From assembly GCA_024704765.1 (NCBI GenBank), contig JAKMXF010000303.1:123791-187790 (forward strand): a DNA stretch of 64,000 nt, written 5' to 3'. The position numbers and the translations under genes are program-made. Source of the stretch: Oopsacas minuta (Eukaryota > Animalia > Porifera). The notes beneath the pieces are model-generated. The model saw only the letters and a program-made list of their open reading frames with translations. It was not told where the DNA came from and did not search any database. Shown in pieces: positions 52,887 through 64,000 of the stretch (its first letter is position 1; each line of letters opens with the position of its first letter).

Positions 52887-53504
52887 CTAGCAACAACTAT
52901 TCCTCTTTTCCTCAGGAGTGTCGTCGACAATGTCCAGAGATGGTTGCGGTCGTGTCGGAGATCTGGCATTATAATTAGATTCTCCTTGTGAGGAGATCAG
53001 CCGTCTGGTGAGATCCAAGAATAGCTCTTCTATACCTTTGTTGAGTTTAGCAGAACAGTGGAAGTGTTTAGCCCCTACCTGTCCTGCATACTCTATAGCA
53101 TTCTGTTCCTGTACGTGTCTGTCTCTCTCCATATCAGTCTTATTACCTACAATGGCGAGTACTAGGTCAGACCCACACATACGTCTCAGCTCCTTTACCC
53201 ATATCTTTACACGGTCAAACGAGTTAGCATCAGTTATGTCATACACTAGTATAGCTCCTCTACTGTCTCTGTAGTATATGGGAGCTATAGCGTGGAATTT
53301 CTCCTGCCCAGCTGTATCCCATATGTGTAAGGACACGCGCTTGCCAGATAAAGTCAGTTTCTTCGTACGGAATGCAGCCTGGAGAGTTACGTCATGTTTT
53401 TCACTGAATTTATCTTCTGTGTACCTGAGAAATATCGAAGTTTTCCCGACACATCCTTCTCCTAGCAGGACAACTTTATACTCTAAAGATAGTCTCTCTG
53501 CCAT
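52887..53504 (-). CDS. RAB21: Rab21 small GTPase, 205 aa, intronless
   Basis: G1 GEGCVGKT, effector segment TLQAAF, WDTAGQEKFH, PIYYRDS, NKTD, SAK, and C-terminal CC prenylation motif. Confidence 0.93.
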   Translation of the reverse strand: MAERLSLEYKVVLLGEGCVGKTSIFLRYTEDKFSEKHDVTLQAAFRTKKLTLSGKRVSLHIWDTAGQEKFHAIAPIYYRDSRGAILVYDITDANSFDRVKIWVKELRRMCGSDLVLAIVGNKTDMERDRHVQEQNAIEYAGQVGAKHFHCSAKLNKGIEELFLDLTRRLISSQGESNYNARSPTRPQPSLDIVDDTPEEKRNSCC

Positions 53505-53762
53505 CAGGTTTCTATAACAATTGAAATATATTTTAGCTTACTAAACATATTTCTTACAAAAAATGGGAATTGTGGAAGTTCTTCTATACAAATTATGGAA
53601 ATTCTTCTATCTTGAAAGAGATATATTTAACTAGGGGAGGTGGCTCTGGGAGAAATGGGGTAGTAGCTCAAAAGTTGCGTACATAAATTCCCGAAAATAA
53701 CCCTTCCTCCCTGTGTCTCACTTTTGAGTATTTTGTAATAAAATTAAAATGCATGGGCTACC

Positions 53763-54163
53763 TGTCACGAAAATTTGGCCCCACCCGGTTTATGTTTATC
53801 AAAATAGTAAATAAAAAATCAAATAAGTGTGGAAGAAGTACTTCTGGAGAGTCAAGATCTGATAGAAGGATATAAGAGGTGTTATCAGTATCTAAAAAGC
53901 TTGAAAATAAACTAATTAGAGAAAAATCCACTTCAACAACTAAACCTAGCTCTAAAACACCCAATCAAACAATCAGATAGTCTACATCTGGACATCTCCT
54001 CATGAAGCTAGCTTGGATACTAATCCGAGAAAAAACCCTGAGATGAAATCCGAATAGTCACCAAAATACACCAAAATATTCATGGATTTTCGGTACTAGG
54101 ACCATTTTTCATGGTAAAATAGTCCATAAGACCAAAATTTTGGGTACCAATTTTCCATTGACA
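53763..54163. mobile_element. Ginger-like element, second copy of family 2
   Basis: TGTCACGAAAATTTGG ... CCAATTTTCCATTGACA, with internal blocks colinear with 49870-50304. TSD not matched. Confidence 0.7.
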
Positions 54164-54567
54164 GACGGGTGAAAGCACGATTTAGGGAACCTTAGATCCC
54201 GAAAACGCTAGCGATATAGGGCCCCCTACCCAAAGGCAAGTATCTCTAGCTCATAGGCGTTGGTTTGTGTCTTTAGAAGCGAAACCTAGTTGCTAAGAAA
54301 GATTAGATCGAATTAGCTAAGAAGAGCACTTTAATTATAGTATTGGTGGATTTTATTCACTATTATTACTGAATTTCAGGATTTTGCCTTGGATTCATGT
54401 AAATATGAATATATCGCTTCAAAACACACAGACATACATCTGAGGGGTGGTGAGACTACTGTGCAATATCCAGGAGCAATATTTACTCCAATACAAGGTA
54501 AAATTCAGAACTACAGTAAAAATAGAGAATAAAATCCACCAATACTAAATTTAATGAGCTATTATTA

Positions 54568-54857
54568 CACTTACCAACAGAGGCGTAGCCAGAGTGCGGT
54601 ACCTAATCTGCCTGTGCCTACCAAAAGTTCACATAGAAATGTACTACATGTGCTGCAATGCTGTACCCTTTGAGCGGACCTAGCTACGCCTCTACTTGCC
54701 AACCTGGGTGAAAAAGGTACGCGGGACGTAGCATATTTGTATTAGGCTGGACTACAAAAAGCGGGACAATTAAGGTTTTTGGCAAGTTTTGGCAGGACTT
54801 TAGTGTCCACATAACCCTCAACGCATGTACGAAAAAACGGGACAGTTGACAAGTATG
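54568..54857. mobile_element. CATACTTGCCAAC-family MITE interrupted by a nested hAT MITE (54578-54694)
   Basis: The inner element CAGAGGCGTAGC...GCTACGCCTCTA is flanked by CTTACCAA/CTTGCCAA, a duplicated piece of the host TIR. The outer element is flanked by TTATTA on both sides. Confidence 0.75.
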
Positions 54858-55739
54858 TTATTAGCCAATTCGATCAAAATCATTCGCGCCAAGTATATAT
54901 CGTTTCAAAAGATACAAAGACAAATCTATGAGGTAGTGAGATATTCCTACAACATCCAAGAGCAATATTAACGCCAATCCAAGGTCAATTCTGAACACAG
55001 AACTGAGGATCTCCGTCCCCAAAACGCTAGCAATCTATGGACGGGGATCCCCTAATCGCGGTTACAACGCCTCGACTCTCGTACCTAGGATCAATTTCCT
55101 AGAGTCCCAGACAAATGGATAATTTCTCTGGAGATTACTCCGGTTAATCAGGTCAAATGGCCTGGTCCCAATGTGACCCTATTAAGCGAAGTATACTGTA
55201 TTGTCTGTATATGCCAATTTGATAATATTCGACTCACTATACTTGAAAATTGCTAAAATTTTTACCGTATTAGGAGTTAGTCGTGATTCGTGAATAACTT
55301 GAATGGGTTTCAACTAAGTTGACTAATTCATTCAAATATCGTCAAGAATAATGAATAATTCATGAATAATTCATGAATTAGTCAACTTAGGTTTTCAAAC
55401 CCTAGTGCTATTGTCCAAAAAAAGAGAAAATCTACACGTCGTGCATGACTAATTTTTCAATTACAATTGTGGTGAAAAAAATTCAATCTTCAATTTTTCA
55501 AATTGTGACCCTGGACTTCAGATTCGGAATCACTATGGTGGATAATAAAAAGTCGAGTGTACGTGCTCACAGGGTCGAGTTATGCATGCTCATGGGGTAC
55601 GGGGTCGAGTGTGCATTTTATTACGAAGCTTCCTATATCGTAATGCAAAATGTATACCCAGTCGTATGAAAAGACTCAAATGCAGCTTTAGACGTATGGC
55701 CCCCATGATGTGAGCCTGTGAATAGGGATTGGCCGTGTG

Positions 55740-55932
55740 CATACTTGCCAACTGTCCCGTTTTGGTGGGACGTCCCGATTTTTTGGACATATGTTGAGGG
55801 TCAATGAGGCTAGTATGCCACCAAAACTTGCCAAAAACCTTAATTGTTCCGCTTTTTTGTAGTCCAGTCTAATACAAACATGCTACGTCCCGCGATCTCC
55901 CGCTACTTTCTTCACTTAGGTTGGCAAGTATG
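55740..55932. mobile_element. MITE, CATACTTGCCAAC TIR family with 6-bp TSD
   Basis: Perfect 13-bp TIR, flanked by CGTGTG on both sides (55734-55739, 55933-55938). Confidence 0.85.
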
Positions 55933-56931
55933 CGTGTGCATGCTCATAGTTACAGACTGAGAGTCGAGTGTGCACGCTTCCATGCTGGCATGCTGTATAC
56001 TTGCATTTTATGACACAATTCTAAGTGTAGAAGGGGGGCATCGCCCCCCATTCCACAGTTACGCCACTGAAATGCATGTTCACTTTTGTATAAATAGTGA
56101 GAAACCTAATTTAACATGGTTTCTGCTCGTATTTAGAGTCAGTTTAATAAGCTCCTGTATATCTTTCAGAAAAGTGAAAGACATGTAGCTGTTGGCGATT
56201 CGACAACATCTCGCACAACATAGCTACCTATGTGAAAGCAAGATTATAGTATGTTAGCTGCATGCAGGTCCTAAAATTCGTTTATGATGTGTAGCAATCT
56301 TACTTTGTGAAAATTCAACAATATCTCAGGGGTGTTGATCTCTAATCACATAATTTTAATATTACTTCCTAGTGTAGTGAATCTCAACTTACTGGGGACA
56401 ATTACCCCAAGTTTGTACTATGATTAATGAAAGAAGGTCCGCGGTTGCAAAAGGTTTCCAGACATAATGTCGAGGACAATTTTCTGCCAAAACTTTCAAA
56501 AAACTATATATTATTTTCTTCGCTTAGGTGAACAAAGTATAAGTATGCCCAGGATCTAATCAGTCCCGTCATAGTTTGTTCCAGTTTTACTCAGGGCCGA
56601 GGAATATGTAAATTATATAATTTCGTGCATTATTTGCATGTAATGATCATTAATTTCGGATTATGAAGTAATTATGCTAGAAAAGGATCCGTAGACGGTT
56701 AGCCGGTATGATCACCTTTAATGCATATAGGGGTGTGCTTAATTTCCGTGACGTGTCGTGACAGTCCCGGAAATTGAAGATGCCTAAAATACGGGACGTG
56801 ACGTTTGTGTTAACCTCCCAAATTCATCATGCAAATTGTACAACTAGACGCTTCATGTATTCTGTGCTAACCATACAATCCTGGGATCTTACAACTAGTT
56901 CGTGAAATCTTATGAGGCCGGTGTAGGCACT

Positions 56932-57696
56932 TGAGGGTGGCCTGATAATCGATACAGTAAAACATTTGAGCCAACGAGCAATCTTGGCGTATTATAACTA
57001 GTGTGAAAATTTTCAATTTTGTAAGGGATCCTTAATTCACTGGATTGGTTTCCGATATACTAGCGATTTACGGACTTCAAGAGTCCTCAAAATGCTTGTG
57101 TTTAAGGTGTAAGCGTGGTTGGGGACCCAGTGATTTATCTCCGCAACCTCAAAAACGCTAGCGGTTTCGCCTCTCCATCCCTATATCGCTTGTTTTTTTT
57201 TAATATCTAAGGTTCCCTAAAATGCACTTACACCTAAGATCCAAAAATGCGCAAGCAGTAACACTCTAGACCAACACCTCTGGAGTCGATACTCTATGGA
57301 TCAACAGATGGAGCCGCCTTATCCATGAAGCATATAGTTATACTATAACTACATGCTTACTCCAGTGTGATCGCATTTTTGGGACCATTGGTGTAACCGC
57401 ATTTTAGGGAACCTTAGATACCAAAAGCCAAGCGATATAGGGATGGAGAGGCGAAATCGCTAGCATTTTTGGAGGTTGCGGCTCTAAATCACTGGGTTCC
57501 CAACCACGCTTACATCGGGGCCTAAAACACGAGCATTTTGAGGACTCCTGAAGTCCGTAAATCGCTAGCATATCGGAAACCAATCCAGTGAATTAAGGAC
57601 CCCTTACAAAATTGAAATTTCTCACACTAGTTATAATACGCCAAGATTGCTCGTATGCTCAAATGTATTACTGTATTGGTTATCAGGCCACCCTCA
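56932..57696. mobile_element. Foldback-like element: ~320-bp inverted arms around a 120-bp spacer
   Basis: 56932-57251 is the imperfect reverse complement of 57372-57696. Related AAAACGCTAGC blocks occur near 54180-54225 and 55010-55050. Confidence 0.85.
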
Positions 57697-57793
57697 CGCC
57701 AGGGCCTGAAATCCCATAACAAGCCTTTCTAACCAAATAGATACGAATTCTTACAGGGAAACACTGATATAAGCCCGAACATATCTAATATAA

Positions 57794-59299
<1,506 letters not shown>

Positions 59300-59497
59300 C
59301 TTATAGCAATCTATTTATATATGCATGATTCTGTTGTTAATGATTTGTTTGGGTGATAGAAATAGTGGATTGCGCTCATTGACTGATTTGTTTACATTGC
59401 TGCTTCCATTCCAGGATTGCATTTCATTTGTTGATACATTATTTGACTTTGACATTGACTTAGTTTATATCAAATTTATGAAATGTTTAAACTAATA

Positions 59498-59505
59498 TGA
59501 CGTCA
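59498..59505. promoter_or_regulatory. CRE-like palindrome TGACGTCA between SRP54 and MDH2
   Basis: Exact octamer about 210 nt upstream of the MDH2 ATG. Function untested. Confidence 0.3.
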
Positions 59506-59715
59506 TTGATTATTATAATTCAACATTCTCTGAATTACATTACGTCAAGTTAATTATAAACAAAGTTACGACGGATAATACTGATATATCAGAGTACATA
59601 AGACCTCGTAAATATGGACATGTTTGGCACGTAACTCCGTATAAGTACAAAATTCGATGTTTCCCTGGCATAAGTATAAACTAGATTCACTGTGGTTTAA
59701 AAATTAGCTGTAATA

Positions 59716-62700
59716 ATGTGTACTTTTATACGTCGCATGAGGATATCTCATCTCAATACAGCTAGATGGTTATCCACATCTCGTACTAATAACATGAAGG
59801 TATCAGTATTGGGAGCAGCTGGAGGGATCGGACAGCCTCTATCCCTCCTCTTAAAGCAGTCTCCTCTCATCTCTCATCTAGCTCTGTACGATATCGTTAA
59901 TACTCCAGGAGTAGCAGCTGATCTCTCACATATCAACACCTCTACAATTGTATGTCATACAATCGTTTCTTAATTTTCTTATACAGTTTAAGGACAAAAG
60001 TATTCGACCATTTCCGAATTGCAAATATTTCGTTATATTCTTCTTCGCCCATGTAACTATAAGATATTCTTATACTTCGATATCCGTCAATCTACATAAA
60101 TGAGTCTTATTCACGCTTATTCTCTGCTTTATAACTAATAGTTATTTTATACGTCAGAGTGATTAGGTTTTAGTTTGATATACTTAGTATTGAATACTGT
60201 AAGTGGTCGAATACTTTGTCCTTTAATTGTATATTTATTATCTTGTTTGTTTATTTTATTCAAAATATTTCTATCGACGACATCTGCTGTAATTTCATAT
60301 TTCTGAAAGTAAAACTTTTCTTTGTCAGTAAGATAATATGACAGTGTTTACTGTGTATTAGAATTCCAGAAAGGGCCACATTTTTTCTGACAAACTAACC
60401 TCTCCCGTTCCTATAGGTTTACTGAAAGCAGTATCTCGTAATTATTTGGTTCTGATTCATCCAAGTTAATTTTAACATACCGTACATACTACCCTTTCAA
60501 TACTAAGAGCCATATAGCATTAAGATCCGTGTTTATTCACTATAAACTTAGTTAAATTTGTAGAATAAATGAGAGAATATTGATATAATGCATAAAGATA
60601 AACTGATAAAGTAATAGCTGTGAAAATAGGTAACTCTGAATTATTGATTTGTGTATCTAAATGACAGGACGAACTTCTCTTATTTGAGCTACCAAATTAG
60701 CGAATGATTCTTCTCCAAACATATCCCTCCATTCGTCCTCTACCTGCTCACCTTCAATATCTTGCTCCCTAACAAGTTGATTCTTACTGTTAAACCTGAA
60801 ATCGTATTTCATCAGTCTCTTCCTCTTATCTCTTCCTATGCTGTGAATTTGATGCATCTTATATTTGCATATCTGTCTTAATACTCTCTTCCACTCCAGG
60901 ACTATACCCCTAGACCAACCTAAGTGTTTCATCAGAAAGTTAGTCTCTACCAGATCCTCTGCCCATAGATACAGGAACCGTACGATCTCGCTAAGGGGCT
61001 GTCTCACCTGAGAGAATAGAGAATGTTGTCTAATTGAAGCTGTGTTCCTGCATTTCTTCAGAGGACAACGCCAAGTAACTCCTTCTAACATTTGTAGTTT
61101 AATCCTCTGGTTCATTACTGATCCACATTTGCAATACATTCCTATAGGCAAGAGACCATTCTCTCTTAGCCAATTGATTGTATTCTCTTCTGAGTTGATT
61201 ATTGATTTCATCATGGTTCCTAGTCTCAGATTTGAGAGGTTGGGGAATGTACGGGGATAGTTTACACGTTTGAAACTCCTGGTATCAGGTATTCGCATCG
61301 GTTTTTTTACTCGATTTTTCATTCAATATCTAAACATAATATATATTATAATACCTATAGTCAAATTCCCGTTATATCTAACAATATCGAAGTCTGAAAT
61401 TGTATGAATATGGTCCCAAACCGTCAAAGTAACACATTTCATTGGTTATATCCAAGTATTTATCGCGGTTCCTTGAGCTTCGATATAACGGCAGTTGAGT
61501 GCATAGTAAATGATAATACTTCATTGTGTAAATTGTTACTAATAATATAATAATACTCATATTATTAGGTAACTTCACACACAGAGAGTCCAGAACTTTA
61601 TCATTGTCTCAAAGATGCAGATTTAGTAGTTATCCCAGCTGGGGTACCCAGGAAACCAGGGATGACAAGAGACGATTTATTCACTACTAATGCGTCCATA
61701 GTCAAGCATCTAGCTACTGGCTGTGCTGAGCATTGTCCGAATGCCTTCATTTGTATAATAGCTAACCCTGTCAATTCTACTGGTAAGGGAATAAACATTA
61801 TGGTTTGTTTTTAAATTTCATTGAATTTTGTTATTTCTATTGTTTCTTTCATTGTATAATAGAAATATCCCAATTATCAAATTCTACTATTTCCAGTGAT
61901 AATATTATATCTCTATGTTTTCACATATAATGTACTCTTCGTGTCTCTTGTTCACCTTCCCTTTGTATAATATTCATTATTTTATGTGTATATTGCTCAT
62001 AGTGCCAATAACCGCAGAGGTTTTTAAAGACAATGGTGTGTATAATCCCAAAAAGATATTTGGAGTAACAACTCTAGATATAGTGAGAGCTAACACATTT
62101 GTAGCTGTGTCTAAAGACTTAGATGTTAATCAGGTGTCTATACCTGTTGTCGGAGGACATGCAGGTGTTACCATCCTTCCTCTCCTTTCTCAAGCCAAAC
62201 CAACGGTTAGTTTGTTTATTCTGATTATTTATTTTATAATAATGTTAATATTTAGAAAGATATTTATCTCATGCCTGTAAGCTGCAACCAAACAATTAAT
62301 ATTTGTTATTTTTCAAGGTTAACTTCTCTAACGAAGAGCTGACTACACTAACTACCAGGATTCAGAATGCAGGTACTGAAGTAGTAGAGGCTAAAGCTGG
62401 TCAGGGATCTGCTACTCTATCTATGGCTTATGCTGGAGCAAGGTTAGAGTTCCCAGCACTTCTTTCAGTACTTTTACCTCACTCAAATGCAGTCTAGTTT
62501 TATCAAATCACTTTGTGTAATTAAAAGGATTTCGTCAGTTGATACTTGGAAATTTTGGCCCATGTTATGTTTACCATATAGTGGACGCCGGATATAAGAA
62601 CCCCCTTGGGAGTAGCAATACATGTTCTTATAACCGTCATAATATATACCGGAATATGTTCCGGCATTCTTATAACAGGGATCCACTGTATTATGAGAAA

Positions 62701-63206
62701 TTAACGGGATTTACTCCAAACATCGTTAATTCTTTGACCGTAATTTTCAAGCCTTTTCTAACTAATTCAAGGTTGAATAATTAATAATTATTTTCCATCT
62801 CAATAAGTTAGATACCTTATCAGAAACGATTTAAATGTGAGCATTTAATTCCACGAATAAATGAATGACTTATAAGTTATAATTCACAAATTCAGACACA
62901 TTTGATATATCCTGACTAACGTTGAGGGACACTATATTATATTTGTATCTTTCCATAAGGTTCGTATTCTCTCTGCTACGAGCTGCTCAAGGAGAGAGAG
63001 GTATCTCTGAATGTGCGTTTGTAGAGTCTACTGTAGTACCAGAGTTACCGTATTTCTCTACTCCCCTACTTTTGGGGAAAGAGGGAATTGCTCAAAACTT
63101 TGGATTAGGAAAACTCTCTGACTTTGAGAAGAAGGGACTTGAAGCTTTGATTCCTGAATTATCAAAGAATATTGAGAAGGGTATCCGCTTCAATAAGTTT
63201 GAGTAG
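59716..63206 (+). CDS. MDH2: Mitochondrial malate dehydrogenase, ~340 aa, 5 exons
   Basis: Exons: 59716-59949, 61569-61782, 62003-62205, 62318-62442, 62960-63206, phase-consistent. Arg/Ser-rich presequence, [36 protein letters not shown] and [11 protein letters not shown]. Confidence 0.96.
59992..60221. mobile_element. MITE with GGACAAA(A)GTATTCGACCA TIR, flanked by TTTAA
   Basis: Inverted ends at 59992-60010 and 60204-60221, with TTTAA direct repeats at 59987-59991 and 60222-60226. Confidence 0.75.
60657..61322 (-). CDS. Merlin/IS1595(IS1016)-type transposase-derived protein lacking the DDE catalytic core, 221 aa, nested antisense in MDH2 intron 1
   Basis: WLRENGLL-x4-CKCG-M...TWRC-x4-CR...SIR..S.F...L.EI...YLW matches the zinc-ribbon/HTH N-terminus typical of Merlin transposases. 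The C-terminal WR..FG..SF.NL..QI...PV matches their last helix. No IDES/SD/IE catalytic segment lies between. Family recognition is from memory of the pattern, not a database search. Confidence 0.7.
   Translation of the reverse strand: MKNRVKKPMRIPDTRSFKRVNYPRTFPNLSNLRLGTMMKSIINSEENTINWLRENGLLPIGMYCKCGSVMNQRIKLQMLEGVTWRCPLKKCRNTASIRQHSLFSQVRQPLSEIVRFLYLWAEDLVETNFLMKHLGWSRGIVLEWKRVLRQICKYKMHQIHSIGRDKRKRLMKYDFRFNSKNQLVREQDIEGEQVEDEWRDMFGEESFANLVAQIREVRPVI
61358..61501. mobile_element. Pogo/Tigger-like MITE in MDH2 intron 1
   Basis: TAGTCAAATTCCCGTTATATC ... CTTCGATATAACGGCAGTTGAGTG, same family as 18969-19143. Confidence 0.7.
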
Positions 63207-64000
63207 ACAATACATAGCCTCAGTGGATTTATTTCCTTAGAAGTATACATATTTATTGATTATTACGATAACTATTATTAGGTAGGAAATTTATATTATG
63301 AATCCATAGATTGTAATAATCATATTCTCTTATTACATAGCATAGTTCATACATATTATACCATTCTCCCGTTTATGACTTGGTTTTTGCCAAAATTGGG
63401 AATTTTGTGTATCCGTATGGCGTAGGCTATGCTGTATCCTATTCAATCCTTCATCTGGCTAATTATGGCAAGAAAGTTGCACACGAGCGCTTCATTATGT
63501 TAATTACATTTGTTCTCGTGAACCTAAAGTTTTACTACGACACTGTAAATGGCATTTTTTATTGGTAATCTTTGTTTTCATGATTGTTATTCATTTGCAT
63601 TTTTTGTATCCTGGAAAATCAATATTTTCTAAATTATCGTAAGTTTTGTAATATGCTTGGGTATACAATAAATAAATAATAATGATATTATATGACATCA
63701 AACCTTAGATCAGGGGTGCCCAACTTGATTTAATTGCGGGCCACATTGGCTTCCTCAATAGTTTGGTGGGCCACATGGACCAATTTATAATTTTCAGATT
63801 TATTTAGAGAAAATTTGTTGGAATATCCAAGTGGAAATGCTACAGAAAGGGAACACACATATGAAATATTGGCAGACTACAGAAAATGATCAAAAATACT
63901 AACTAATAAGAAACCCGAATACTCATTTTACCACCGCTAATACGAGTACAGACAATGATTTACTACTTTGACATGGATGACGATTGATGACGCATATGTC

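Overview
AT-rich animal genomic DNA. By inference it resembles a compact early-branching metazoan genome such as a glass sponge, but the taxon cannot be proven from the window. I reconstructed three intron-rich genes exon by exon with consistent reading-frame phases: BLTP3/UHRF1BP1-like (10 exons, minus), MED25 (17 exons, minus) and mitochondrial MDH2 (5 exons, plus). Intronless coding sequences are two tandem LITAF paralogs, CSRP/CRIP, RAD50, DENR, eIF2-alpha, Rab21, SRP54 and a Merlin/IS1595-transposase-derived ORF lacking the DDE core. Each of the three spliced genes hosts an intronless antisense gene inside one intron. Intergenic and intronic DNA is densely filled with non-autonomous DNA transposons, many with intact TIRs and TSDs (hAT, a 6-bp-TSD family, Ginger-like, Sola1-like, Tc1/pogo-like, Helitron/Helentron-like), plus a 765-bp foldback just upstream of SRP54. 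The most striking signal is that all 12 start codons have an AG 0-8 nt upstream (10 of 12 are YAG), usually after an AT/pyrimidine-rich tract, even in intronless genes. That is the expected footprint of spliced-leader trans-splicing or of systematic 5'UTR introns. No rRNA, tRNA, snRNA or CRISPR array was recognised.
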